Assembly (NCBI GenBank): GCA_043228905.1 | Contig: JBHGNT010000007.1 | Location: forward strand, 17,794,001-17,858,000 | Length of the DNA: 64,000 nt | Source: Azolla caroliniana | Lineage: Eukaryota > Plantae > Polypodiophyta | Direction: 5' to 3' | Part shown: piece after piece, positions 46,500-60,700 of the stretch | Numbering within the stretch: position 1 is the stretch's first letter | Layout: each line of letters opens with the position of its first letter | The notes under the pieces: generated by a model | Seen by the model: only the letters and a program-made list of their open reading frames with translations | Told to the model about the DNA's origin: nothing | Databases searched by the model: none | Position numbers and translations under genes: made by a program

Positions 46500-49065
46500 C
46501 ATTATGCATACATATTTACCTACATTCAAAGATTACATCCATGAATATATATGTACATACATTACACCCATTTATACATGCATATTGACTAAACATAGAT
46601 ATATGTACAAATATATATTACCATATGTAAATATGTACATACACATATATACATACATTACATACTACATACATATTAGAATTAGCCATATATATTGACA
46701 TACATATATACATAATGCATACATAAAAATGACATATTACATATATACATACACATTCTTCCAAACATATTTTATATATTATATATTACACACATATATT
46801 GTTATACACAATTTATACAAATGCATATATACATTCCAACACAAAAAAATAAATTACATATTATATACATACACATACACAGACATAAATTAATACATGA
46901 GATTACTTATTACATGTACATACAAACACGTTACACATATATGCACATAAATAAATTAGATATTGCATATCATATAATCCATATTTATTACACAATATAC
47001 AAATTTACAGACATAATTTACATATATAAATTTACATATATATAATTTACATATATATAGATACATATGTATAGATATATTACATATATACATACATACA
47101 CACACATTAGATATATGTATACTTACACATACATCGGATATATACATGCATATTATGTACATATTAGAAACATACATCCATATATGAGCCATGTACATAC
47201 AAAACATGAAAAATATCCCAAAAATATACATACATAAATACATTATATATATACACATCCATACATTCGTACACGTACATACATATCACCATATACACAC
47301 ACATATAGATACACATACATTAGATATATACATATGTATTATGCACATATTAGAAAGACATCCATGCACATTGAATCATGAATATTGACATATACATATA
47401 TGCATACACATACATACATATCACCATATATATACGTACATATGCCTACAATGTTATAAGTTTTACAAACATACATCCATACACATATATACATACATTA
47501 CATACACATACATATGTTACATATGTATATTACATAGACATACATATCATCACAAACTACAATGTACATATATACATACATATTACGAACAAACATCCAC
47601 ACACACACACGTATGCATGCATGTATGCATACACATACAAACATACATACATTACATATTACACATACACACATATGTACATTCATACATGTACTTACAT
47701 ATATTCATACACACTACAATAGTACGTATATGCATACACATACATACATAAATATGCATACATACATATACACACACACGTGCACACAAACATACATTAC
47801 ATATGCATATACATATGTACATTCGTACATGGACATAAACATACATACATTAGATATACATATATACATGCATGCATGCATACATTAGATATATACATAC
47901 ATATTACAAACAAACATCCATACACACATGTATGCATATAGGCATACACATACAAACATACATACATTACATATTACATATATACACATATGTACATACA
48001 TATATTCATTCACATGTGCACATGTATAAAATACCTAAAACATCCTATTACATTCTATCATCCATTTACCTAGAAAACATCTCCAGGAATCCATTTCAAT
48101 TGGAGATGTATCTTTACAATTGTCCCTTACTTCACATCTGTATGTATTGTGTTGTATATATGTGCACGTGGATGATCGAATGTAATATTTCTATACATAT
48201 GCACATGTATAGTACACACACATATAACATGTAGATACGTACACACACATAATACGTACGCACATGCCATACATACAAATTTACAATACATACACATGCA
48301 CATATATAGAACATACACACACACACATAACACATAGATACATTATACATACTCACATGCCATACATACAATATATACAACACATGCAATTCAATACATA
48401 CATACATATACACATGCCATACATACAATATATACAACACATGCAATTCAATACATACATACATATACACATGCCATACATACAATGCATATATACAATA
48501 ATGCATTTAATACAATACAATACAATGCAATACAATATGTACATACATGCATACACACATCCATATGTAGACACAACACATACATATATATGCATGCAAT
48601 ACAATACATGTGCATATATATAGAACACATACGCACATGATATACATACAGTGCATACTTAAGCACATGTATAGAATATAAACACACACACACACATAAC
48701 ACATACATACAACCACGCAATACAAAACATACATATATATGCACATATATAGGACATACACACAAGCACATAACACATACCCTACATATTCACATGCCAT
48801 ACAATATGTACATACATACACACATGCCATACATACTGATACAATATATACAATACAATATGTACATGCATACATACATACAACACATACATATATATAC
48901 ACATGCACATATATACAACATACACACATGCCATAAATATAATACATACATATGCAATTGTATAGAGCATACACATACACACACACAAAGAACATACATA
49001 CATATCCATATGCATAAACACACACACACTTGTATAGAACATACATACATAGTACATACACAAGC
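46500..49065. repeat. Degenerate (TACA/CATA/TA)n low-complexity tract
   Basis: Directly visible; source of many spurious Y/I/H/T/C/V ORFs. Similar tracts lie at 51320-51480 and 52080-52260. Confidence 0.9.
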
Positions 49066-49180
49066 TATAACGCTCTTTTTAAAATGCTAATTGTTTTAAA
49101 AAATGGGGGAAGAAAGGGGGGGAGATTACATATGCGTTGTGTTTTAGCAAAAAAAAGTGGGGGGGGGGGGGGGAAAGAAG

Positions 49181-49230
<50 letters not shown>

Positions 49231-49264
49231 TCCTTCCCATTTCTCTCCCCACGAAAAGGAAGCT

Positions 49265-49703
49265 ATGGCTGAAGGAGGAGAAGATGTTCTTGCTGAGGTT
49301 GCTGCAGCCACATAATCAACACCTGTAGTCGGAGAGCCAATGGATATCCTAACTGGGCTACAACTTGTGCTTAAGAAGGCTCTAACACATGACAGTATTG
49401 CAAGAGGGCTACATGAGGCAACAAATGCTATTGAAAAACATGCAGCTGAGCTTTGTGTATTGGCTGAAGATTGCAACCAGCCTGATTACATGAAACTTGT
49501 ACAAGCACTTTTGTTCAGAGCATAATGTTAACTTGATCTCTGTTCCTAGTGCCCGGAAGCTCGGTGAATGGGCTGGGCTTTGCAAGATTGATTCAGCGGG
49601 GAATGCCAGGAAGGTTGTTGGTTGCTCATGTGTAGTTGTGAAGGATTATGGCGAGGAGACAGAGGGTCTCAATGTGGTCTAGGAGTATTTGAAAAGTCAG
49701 TGA
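49265..49703 (+). pseudogene. RPS12: Processed pseudogene of cytosolic 40S ribosomal protein S12 (eS12)
   Basis: Intronless [79 protein letters not shown]; two premature stops and a +1 frameshift near 49510; UTR-like flanks. Confidence 0.93.
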
Positions 49704-52700
49704 TTTTGAGGCTGAATGGCTTTCATCGGTGGTTTAGGGTTTCCTACGTCATGCCCATGCTCTTGGTACGCATCAAAATCCGCGGGTCCCTTCGGTAGTT
49801 CCTGTTTTTCGGGTTTTTGTTTGGAGAGAACTGGACTATAGTGATGAGTTAGAGGAGGATGATGATGATGCAATGGATTCTTTTCTTCCTTTTATGAAAT
49901 ACTAGATTCCTTCTGCTTAGTTTGGTTCACTTTAATGCATATACTTAAAACTAAAAGGTTATATTTTTATGGATCTTTTGATTCCTTTTGAAACTTAACA
50001 TTAACACTCTTGTTGTTGTTTCACAATGAGATAATCTAATGTCAACCATTCATCATCAAGAGAGAGAGAGAGAGAGAGAGAGAGAAGGCTACATGAGGTG
50101 ATCGACCTCTTCAAAGTGGCCTTCGACTAGCAAACAAGGATGTGCAAGATGAGCTACAATAAGGCGGGAGTTTGTTTTCATCAGGATCTAGAACACTTTC
50201 TGAGGGTTCTTGGTTAAGTACCACATATATAATTATAAGTTTTTAACCCTGTTCGTATGTGTATTTGCATATGTATGGTTGTGTTTGTATGCATATATGA
50301 ATGCATGCACACATGCATTTGCAATATTCCCTCTCTTAATTTGTGTATTTGCTATTGTCATTTCACAAGCAAGAAGAGCTCTTTTGGTCTTGCATAGCCT
50401 CATGCGGCTTCAAGAAGTGATTGACAACAGAGGGCAGATATTCCAATGACAATCGAACAAGAGTTTGTTGTGATCTTTTGTTTGCAACTATCGTTCTGAT
50501 CTTCTTATTTTATTCGTACAACATATTAACCTTTGGTTTCATATTGTTACTATATAGGTGCTCAACTTACTGAATGAGGGTGCTCGACAAAGAAGAGGTA
50601 AAAAATGTGTTTTCATGTGTGTAGGTTTGCAAATGTCAGACTAGGTGTTCTTGAATTGAAAGCTTTGCGGATTCTACAGCTTACTTACTCTATTTCTGTT
50701 GTAGAGAGATTAATGGCTATGGCTATGGAAGAGAAGATGTTTTATAGGTTAAAAGTATGATGTGTGAGTGGTTGTATTGTAGCAACTTAGGGCTCATGTT
50801 TCTTAGAGAAAAACTCAGTGTGTTGTTTCTAACATTGCAGTAACTTTATGTAGTAAGTTCTTGCTCAAGTTAAATGTTGTGAATTATTCTTGGATATCAT
50901 ATGATATTCTTGTTATGATATATGCTCTTTTAGATATATCGTTTTGCACTTCCATGAAGCTACAATATAAGCATTGTTATATAGACATGTTATAGAAGAT
51001 GGAATGGAATGAAGATCGCCTTTAATGCTTAGTGCTTAGATGGTGATCCTTCTTTGGAATGAAGATGGTGTGAAGACACATGCTCCACACTAACATACAA
51101 ACAATTTTTTTAAAACAGAAATAAGAAAATATATTAAAAAAGTAGAAGCAAAAATTAATGTGTTGCAATTCAACTCATATATAAATAAACATGAAGTACA
51201 ATACAATACATATGTACGTAGATTGACCCATGCGTAATATACGTGGTATTCGACATCTGTAATATTTGCGATATTCAAGAATATAAAATGGCCTCAAGAA
51301 TATTATAAAACCATTCGTTTACATATACATGTACACACATACATATATGATATATATATATATCCATACATACATATATGATATATACATATCCATACAT
51401 ACATATATGATATATACATATACACACATACATATATGTGTATACACACAAATATCACTCATATATGTATATACACACATACATTAATAATTAATTAACT
51501 CACTAATATAATAATTAATTAATTCACTTAAACATTAATTGATTCACTATACATTAATTAATTTACTAATACATATCTTAATTCATCAAAAAATTAATTA
51601 ATTAATTGAAAAACATTAGTTAATTAGGGCTTAAACATTAGTTAATTAATTAATTAGGGCTTTTACTAAACTTAGCTAAACTTAGGGTTTCAATGAAAGC
51701 TTGAGTTTGTAGTAGAGAACAAGATGTAGGATTAGAATAGAGCATGAGAGGGAGTCAAGGACGCAAGTTGAAAAGAAAAAAATATTGTCAAAATTAGGAT
51801 TATGATAGAAATTAGGGTTTTTGGCCAAAACCCTAATTTCTTGGCCAAGAATAAGATGCAGAGGGAAGCGAGGGCAACATGCATAGGGAGTAGGGTGAGG
51901 CTTCCTCGCTCGTTGCTCGCTATTCGTTCACTCGCTCATAGGGAAAAAATAGTTTTTTATTTTTTATTTTTTTATAAAATATTCAAAAAAAAGAAGAAAA
52001 CGAATACATTTACATGCATTCGTATTCCTATTCGTATGAATTCGTGGAGCAGGCCCCACAAATGCAAATATGTCAATCTATGCATATATACATACATATA
52101 TTCACATGAAATACAATACATATATGTGAACATACATCCACATGCACATATGAACATACATGCACATACACACATCACACATATATACACACAACCCATA
52201 CATAAAATATATACAACGTAAGCAATACAATACAATACATATATACATACATACATACACATTTAAAATATACGTGTGTTTTCTATGTAAGGGCATTTAA
52301 AATGAGTTGTTATAAAAATATATATTAACACTAAGGGATATTTTTATTAACCCTTTTTTTATAAAAGGGTATCTAAAATAGTACAAAACATATGTATAAG
52401 GGGTTTATAAAAGATGTCGTGAACGCACGTGATACGACCTCTTTAAATATAATGAAGCCCCCGGGTAACTAGTATTCAAGTGGGTGATTGGTCTCCACTT
52501 ACGAATATCTTCTGAAACCCCTTATGTTTTAGGTATAAGATAAATAAGCCCCTCAGATAACGACATGGGCATCTCTCCACTTTCAAACATATGTTGGTAA
52601 GCATCCTTTAAGTCTTTGTTCAGTATCCCCCAATATTTCTTAAAGAATTTAGGTGTAAGTCCATTCACTCGAAGACAACTATTGTCCGATAAAGAGTGTC

Positions 52701-55700
52701 GCGCTTGTTCCAATTCCAATTCTGTAATAGGTGACGTCAATGAATCTTGTGTTGCTTGAGTAACCTTGGGTTGAATTTCCGCCCATACCTTCCTTCCATT
52801 TTGTCTGATATCCTCAGAAATAAGCTCTTCTAACAAAAGGGTAGCATAGAATTTCGTGGCAATTTCCTTCACAACATTCGGGTCCATTTCAAGTTCGCCA
52901 TTTTCATTCCACAGGCAACAAGTTACATCAAAGACTCTCTTGGGACCTTTAATATTAAAAAATTGGCTAGTACATCTATCCCCAATTTGTGTCCATCTTG
53001 AAGCAGAATTGTGATACCGAAATTGACTACGACATTCTTCCATATGTTCAACTTGTTTTCGAGCTTCTTCAAGATGCGAAGCTACCCATGCACACTCTGA
53101 CCGACCTTGTTGCAATCTTTGCAAAGATATCAACCTTGGCCTCATCCTTCTTTCCTTCTTCTAATATTCCATATATTTAGATCTTGATTTTAACGCAAAA
53201 TATTGTGATATCTCCTTCAAAGCACAAGCCACTTTGATTGTAATGGGAACATCCATATTATCTTTGTTCCGCCAAGTATCTGTCACTTGATTATACCATC
53301 TATCGTCTAACAATACTTTTTCGGGTATCCTAAATCATATGGACTCCCTTTTTGATTGACCAAAGGTTCTCAATATAATAGGAGCACGATCAAAGAAAGT
53401 TGTTCATAGCATAATAGTGATATTTCCCCCATTTAAGACAAAGGCCTCCCCCACATAAAATGTATCCAATCTTGAAAGATTGGTTCCAGCAATTCTCCTA
53501 TCAAAACGTGAGAAACTTAAGGAATCCTAAGATCTATAAACATTCAGCATATGCCATGCATCCAAAATACTCAATTTCAAACACATTTGTTCCCAGACTG
53601 CTAGTTCCTCCCCATGAATTGTTGCCACACTCCCTCCTTTCCTATCCTCCGGGTCCTCAAGCATATTAAAATCCCCTGCAACACACCAATGAGACACATT
53701 CGGTAATGCATTTGTAATTTCACACCAAAAGTGTTTCCTAGCCGATGCATGATTTGACGTGTAAATATTCAAGTAACCCCAAGTTGTATGCAAATCTTGT
53801 AATACAATATATTGTGCTCTTCTTGGCACAATGATCTCTTTGCATATAATACTTGATTTCCAATGATGTGCTATTGCCATACACACCCCGCCTTGTGTAC
53901 CACTAGTGCCAATAGTCGGGGACCAAAACATCTCCCAACTACCATGTAATATAGTGCCAAAGTTCCTTATTCTTTGCTCGTTCAAATGATGTTCTTGAAA
54001 AATCATAATATCCAAGGACCCATTCGTAAGACACTTTTGCAATGCTTGCCTTACCCTACCTCTATATCTTCGGTACAAGGGGTCTCCCAAGCCCTGAACA
54101 TTCCACTTGAGGAGCCTCATTAACAATTGTTAGAGGCCCAACCAGACCCGAGCCTACGAGTCTTAGAGGATGGTTCCATGGAGATTACCCCCCCCCATCT
54201 CCCATAATCACCATTTGGCCATTAAGTATGTCACAACCTTGTTTAATGAATTGCCAATGATGATGGGCCCAAGCCTTGGCTTGGCTTTCTGGCACCTCAT
54301 CTTCATGAATATAAACATATCCAAAATCAAACAATATATCCGAAGATACATCCAATACAACATGCTTGCGGTTCATTGCATCCAAATATGGAACCATTGA
54401 ACAACTTGCATTCTCTAACCCCCTCAATATTGTTTCCCCCAATTGAGGGTTTTACACGTATTTGGCAAAATACAAAACCTCTCCTCTCATGGCCAACATA
54501 ACATTCGGTTGATTCCATATGTCATTTCTCTCATAACCACATAATGGAAAGGAATAACCGACAAATGGGCTTTCCACTTGTTTTTGTCTAAATAAAACAT
54601 GAACCCTTATTGCATTGGGTTCATGAACATCTTTAACACCCAAATGTTTTGTGAAATCATGCCCAAAGGGAGCTGCATTATCAAGTATTGAAAAACCACC
54701 ATTTCCGGTATCCTCCTTCAACATCCCACATGTTCTTATCGTGACCGCATTATCCAATTTTTGTGAACGTAACATTCTTTTCGAACGAAATGATCTAGAC
54801 TTGACACATCCATCATTTGGTTGGATGGTACTAGCATTTTTCTCCCTTATCTCAGTAGTGGGTGTTGGTTGTTCTTGTATATCAGTTTCTATGTCCAATG
54901 CATTGTACGCATTAGGGGTGAGGCATGTCTCTTGCATAGGCACCGTATGTGTCTTGCATCCATGCTTAGCCTTTACATTTATCCATTGATTATCTCCCAT
55001 TTCCCCTTGTGCCCGTACACCCATACAATCTGAGGCTAGTTTCTCTTGGCATTTATCTACCTCATGCCCCTCTTGTTTACAATATTTCGCCCAATTTAGC
55101 ATTTCTCCTTGGGCAATTCTTGGCTAAATGTCCCATTTGCCAACAATAGAAACATTGTCCAGGGAGTTCGGAAAACTCCACCTTTTGTTCTATAAAATCT
55201 CCTTCTTCATTTGGTAGCATTACCTTTGTAGGTAAGTTTTCGAGTGATCCTACCATGATTTGGGCTGACGGAAATTCTGACATTTTAGTTATTCGCACAA
55301 CCATATTTTCTTGGACTCTCATCACGGCTCTGATCCTCGAAGCTATTGCTCCAAGCATCGGTAAATACTCCTTGCATAATCCCGGGAAGACAATCGTTAA
55401 CGGAAATATCCGATCTCCTTTTCGTATTGCCTCCATAGGATTAAAACCTTGTTTCCAAAGCATCACAAATGCACGGGCACCTCTTACATCAAGAGGACTA
55501 CGTTCCAACATTATGCCCACTGATTCAATTGTATCGAATTCCACATGATACAATCCTACCAATTAATCCACGCATAGAGGCTTGTAATAAATCTTTGCAC
55601 TCACCTCTATTCGGCCAAGCTCCCACCACTCTACAGATCACGGAGAGTTGAGTTAGTCGTTGAACCTCTTATTTGAATTCAGCCTTTTCTTCTGTAGAGA

Positions 55701-56174
55701 ATATGATCAGTAGAGGCAGCTCCTCAGATTCTATTGGCGGGAATGCTTCTTTAGAGTTCCCCTGTTGTGTCGTTGAGGCGGCTCTCTGCTGCGCTCTCTC
55801 TCTTCCCTGTTCCTCCATCGTTCGTTTCCGTGTGTCATTTTTATATACAATCTTCTTTTTAAAAAAATAGTTTAATAGTATCGTTTAGGGTTCTTCATTC
55901 TGATATACAAATTTACTCAAGTGAACCGTGTACAAGTTAAAATAGTTTGCATAATTCTAAGAAAAAGCAATAGCATGAAATCAGGAATCTTGAACCAACA
56001 CTTCAAATTACACAGTAGATAAGTTACTCAAAACAAGCAATTTTATTCCTCATTGATTAATCTGTCATCAAATTACATATTTATAATGCACCATTGGTAA
56101 TGTCTACAAATCGCCTATAAACAACCAAGCTCTTGTTGGTAAGGGGAACTTCTCTACATATATTATCTGCATTA

Positions 56175-56519
56175 TTACCAAGCTCGGTATGGAGTCCACA
56201 ACCATGTAGTTAGTTGGCAACTCAATGTTTTCACCAAGTAGTTATTAGGCATTTCCTCGGGTAGAATGAGACAGCATCTGCGAAGGTTGAAGTAATGCCG
56301 GAAATGTTCTGTATCCAGTATCAATGTATTGTCGGCATTATATTCGGGCCAAGTATCCCAAAAATTAAAAAGTCTTTTGAATCTTGCAACATCCTTCTGC
56401 TCACATTTTTCTCGTGTCCACTGGCCCTTGAAATGTTGTCGCCACTTCGGGAAGAATCTTTCTACACACTTCCACACATTTGTGCGTGGTTTTTCACTCC
56501 AAATAAACAAATCAAAGCG
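56175..56519 (-). pseudogene. Fragment resembling the C-terminal part of an FCP1/NIF-like HAD phosphatase domain
   Basis: FDLFIWSEKPRTNV..W.REKC..FKRL..W..PEYNADNTLILD..FN resembles the NIF pattern (IWS..NV; K.L; NTLLID); the N-terminal DxD motif is absent. Confidence 0.5.
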
Positions 56520-57395
56520 GATTATGTGCATCCCCAAAATTTGTTTCGCCGGACCCATATCTTTCATTGCGAATGACCGGCTCAAGGCCTTCTTCAACAT
56601 CCTGATCTTGATATGGCCTCATCCGATGATCAACATGTTGCCCACATACAGGAGGAGTATTAGGAAGTCTCCTTCGTCAAACTTCTTCACGAACACGTAG
56701 TGGTCGACCTGTTCTTGTGGTATCCTTGGTCGGTCATGAAGGAGTCAAACTTCTAGTACCATTGCCTAGGGGTGTGCTTTAGTCCATACAGGCCCTTCTT
56801 TAACCATCACACTAGGTTCTCCTTCCCTTTCTTGACGAATCCCTCTGACTGCTGCATATAGATCTCCTCCTTGAGGTACCCATGAAGGAACACCGTCTTA
56901 ACATTGAGTTGTTTGACCTCGAGGTTCATGCTCGCCGCTATGCTCAACACCGTCCGGATGGATGTCATCTTGAGTACCAGGCCAAAGATCTCGTTGAAAT
57001 CCTCTCCTTTCTTCTGTTGGAACCCCTTCACCATGATCTGGGCTTTGTACCTCGGTGTATTTCTGGCATCTCCTGGTTTCAGCTTGTACACCCACTTGTT
57101 TCGAAGCACTCTCTTTCCTTTTGGCAGCTCCGTCAATTCATATGTATAGTTCTCATGCATGCAATCCATCTCATCCTACATGGCATTCAACCACTTGTGG
57201 CTGTGGATGTCTTTCTTTGCTTCTTTGAAGCTTTATGGCTCCCCCTCGTAGGTCAACAATACACGTTCTGCATACGGAAATCTCCGTGGGGCTCTTCTCT
57301 CTCTAAGAGGGTATCTCCGTCCTTGGTTCTCAACCACTGGTTCCTTTGTCTGTTCTTCATCCGAATCCGATTCGGGTTCTTGTCTGGTTCCGGTG

Positions 57396-57716
57396 TGTTG
57401 AGCGGCAAGCTCAATTGGAGCCGGATTGGATGGATAAGCTTGAGCCAGTGAGCAAGACGGATCGGTGAGCCGGTGAGCACCCGGTGAGCAAAGAGCCAGT
57501 GAGCTGGGGAGCCGGTCAACCGGATCCATCAGTAACCGGAAGCCTAGTAGCAGCTAGACTACTAGGGAGTTATTACTCTCGTAGTTAGTGTCAGGCGCTC
57601 GAGTGAGCATTGAAGTACACCGTACTTCTGTCAGTCCGTATGGACTTGTATAAAAGTGTTCGCTGAACACATACTATGTACAGAGCGTTGATATAATTTT
57701 TGAATAGAGATTCTTG

Positions 57717-57771
<55 letters not shown>

Positions 57772-60700
57772 GCGTATTGTTAAGCTCTCCATTAAATTTG
57801 TTCCGTGTTCTGTGTTCTATGTTTTCTGTTTTTATTGCTTCCGCACGCTATTTGTTTTCACATGGTATCAGAGCGCGAGGGTTGAGAACCTCTGCAACCG
57901 ACATAGCTTGAAAGGAAAACTTTCGTAAAGAACAGGAAAAGAAAAATGGATAGAGGAATGGCTAGCTTGCTCCCGGTGGAGAAGCTCGACAGAACCAACT
58001 ACCCATCTTGGTCTTACAAGATGCACCAGTACCTGTTTGGGCATGGGTATTGGAGCTATGTCGATGGAGCTAACGACACAACACCTGATGCGGCACACAA
58101 GGACTTCTCGGTGTGGGTACAATCGGCAAGCAGAGTGATGTACTGCTTTCCGTCCAGTGTCGGAGACCAGCTGCTAAGCCACATCTGAGATGCCGGGATG
58201 CCGAAAGAGGCTTGGGGAAACCTGAAGAAGGTGTTCGCCGCAACCACCACAACTCGGAAGGTGCAACTCCGACAGGAGTTGAGCAATGTCCGACAGAAGG
58301 ACATGTCGGTGGTTGATTACACGGCCCGAATCAAACAGATCTGTGACTCGCTTGCCTCTATCAACGTCACGATAGAGGAAGACGAGATGGTACAGGTCTG
58401 TCTTGGGGGCTTGGTGTCTAAGTTCCGAGCTTTCCGGACAGCAGTATGTAAGAGGGAGAATACGTCGTCATTTTTCGACTTACAGTCGATGCTCCTTGTA
58501 GAGGAGAACCATGCCGGTGCGTCAACAAGTGCACCCACCGATAGCCGGATGTTGTACACGGAGACGGATCGGCCCCGTGGGCGTGGTGGATGAGGTGGGT
58601 CGGCATGCAATGGAGGCGGCTAGCAAGGGCAAGACCGACGGCACAGAGACCGTGCCGACAACAGTTCTGGGACTTCCAAAAGCAGGGGGAGTCAAGGCGG
58701 CGCCGGAAGCGGGCAAGAAAAATCCGCCACGAAATGCTGGTACTATGGTAAAAAGGGCCACAGAGAAAGCGAGTGCTGGAAGAAGCACGCCGATTCAAAC
58801 AGATCTGGATCCGGCAAAATAGGTCGGGAGAACCGGCAAAGCTCGCACTATGCACAAGGATCAAGAGGATCCGGAACCGGGAAGACCGGTAAGGGGCCGG
58901 CCTTGATGATGAAGCATGAGGCAAACTCGATGAAGAAGACCACTTCCAAATCGGAGGAAGTGTGGTACGTTGATTCTGGTGCGTCAAATCACATGACGAG
59001 CCATAAAGAGTGGTTCTCCTTCTTGGAGAAACCGGAACAACCGGGAGTTGTCGAAACCGGAGATGACACTCATCACCCAATCGTGCATGTCGGAGAAGTT
59101 CCCTTGAGCCACGTCAGACAGAGGGGGAAGCTGATGAACGTATTACACGTTCCAACTATCACGAAGAACCTGGTATCAGTCGAACAGATCGTCGACCAGG
59201 GAATGTAGGTGCGGTTTACGCACTTCGGGTGCTTCATCGAGGAGGAGGGCCAGATTATCGCGCAAGGGCGCAAAGATGGGAGGATGTTCATCCTCGACAC
59301 CAATGACGTCGGCACCGCCTTGTTTGCCAAAGGATAGAAGGTCGAATCGGACATCGACCTATGGCACAAGCGTATCGGCCACGTCAATTACCGGCAGCCT
59401 CAAGACTTGCAAACAAAACAAGTTGTTTTCAGTTTGCCGAAGTTTAGTGGCGGGAAAGCCCAAGTATGTGAAGCCTGCCAACTCGGGAAGCAACACCGGC
59501 TTCCATTCCCCACCGAACAAAACCGTAGTCGTAACAAGCTCGACCTTATTCATTCGGATGTATGGGGACCGACACAGAACGTGAGTCTTGGTGGGAGTCG
59601 ATACTTCGTCTCCTTCATCGACGACTATAGCCGATACACATGGATCTACCTCATTGAGCGGAAGAGCGAAGTCTTTGACTATTTCCAGAACCTCCAGAGC
59701 ATGGTGGAATGGGAGTCGGAGAGGAAGATCAAGTGCCTGAGGTTAGATGGTAGAAAAGCATATTTTTCCGGCCAATTCAACAGTTATCTGAACCGATCGC
59801 TTGTCGACGCGGCAAGGGCAATACTGGAAGAGAAGAGCATGCCCCATTTCTACTGGGCGGAGGCGGTCCGGACGGCCATCTACATCCAAAACCGGATCGG
59901 TGATAAGGTGCCCGCGCATGAGCTGTATTTCGGGCGCAAGCCAAATTTGAGACACCTTCGAATTTTTGGCAGCATAGCATATGTGCACGTGCCGGATGAG
60001 AAGCGGAGGAAGCTGGATGAAAATATCAGAGAAGTGCATCCTCGTCGGCTACTCACATGAGCAAAAGGGGTATAAGTGTTATAACCCCCAAACAAAGTAG
60101 GTCCGAGTTAGCTGCGATGTTGAGTTTGATGAGACGGCATCATGGTATGCGTTACTAGCTCTGACTTTTGACCCTGACCCGATACCAGAAGATGAGGCTA
60201 GTGAGCCTGAACCGGTCTAGTTAGAAGATGATGAATCCAGGACTCAAGAAGAGAGTTCGGAATCGTTTCGGTTGAGTGGGCCGAACGAGAGACTGGGTCA
60301 ATCCGACCAGTCAGAAGAAGAACCGGCGAGTAGTGAAGACTCTGTTGTGCTCTCCCGCGTAAGGAACCAAGGAGACGGTTCACGCGCAAAGAGAAGGGGA
60401 AGAAGAAGATGTTGGATTATGGAACCGGTATTGATGAGTCGGATCGGAGCGGATCCGACTCCGGAAAGGAAAATGACGGTTCTTCGGCACTGAAGACCGA
60501 ACCGGCCAAGAAGGCCCTCAGACCGGATAACGGTGGCTTACGCCGGTCAACCCGCCAAAAGGAACCTGTTAAGCGGTATGGGTACAATGAGTACATGGCG
60601 CATCACTATGCGTACATGACCAAGGTGGCAGAAGTGCGTTAGCCGGAGAGCTACGTAGAAGCGGCAAAGGACGCACATTGGCGTGCCGCTATGGAAGAAG

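Larger units (their letters stand above)
46285..52465. mobile_element. 6.2-kb non-autonomous TIR DNA transposon with an 8-bp TSD, carrying host-gene sequence
   Basis: TIRs CCCGGGGGTTTCACT / AATGAAGCCCCCGGG; TSD TAACTAGT at 46277-46284 and 52466-52473; excising it restores the LINE RT frame; no transposase recognised. Confidence 0.9.
42905..55820 (-). mobile_element. Near full-length decayed L1-type LINE (ORF1, endonuclease, RT, zf-RVT), interrupted at 43621-45237 and 46285-52465
   Basis: ORF1 with CFYCWQMGHLAKNC (55077-55562); EN with WNVQGLG, FQEHHL and VAGDFN (53527-54126); RT WRPITHLNTSYKIF spans the 46285 insert, with LDFEKAYDRV and QGCP; an internal deletion near 45910 removes the YADD region; T-rich tail at ~42905-42919. 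Confidence 0.87.

Noticed and set aside
46500-49090. Numerous Tyr/His/Cys/Val-rich ORFs
   Set aside because: Translations of degenerate CA/TA microsatellite.
55860-55885. Candidate TSD for the second L1 (ttaatagtatcgt versus ttaataaaatcgt at ~35752)
   Set aside because: Short, AT-rich and mismatched; not distinguishable from chance.
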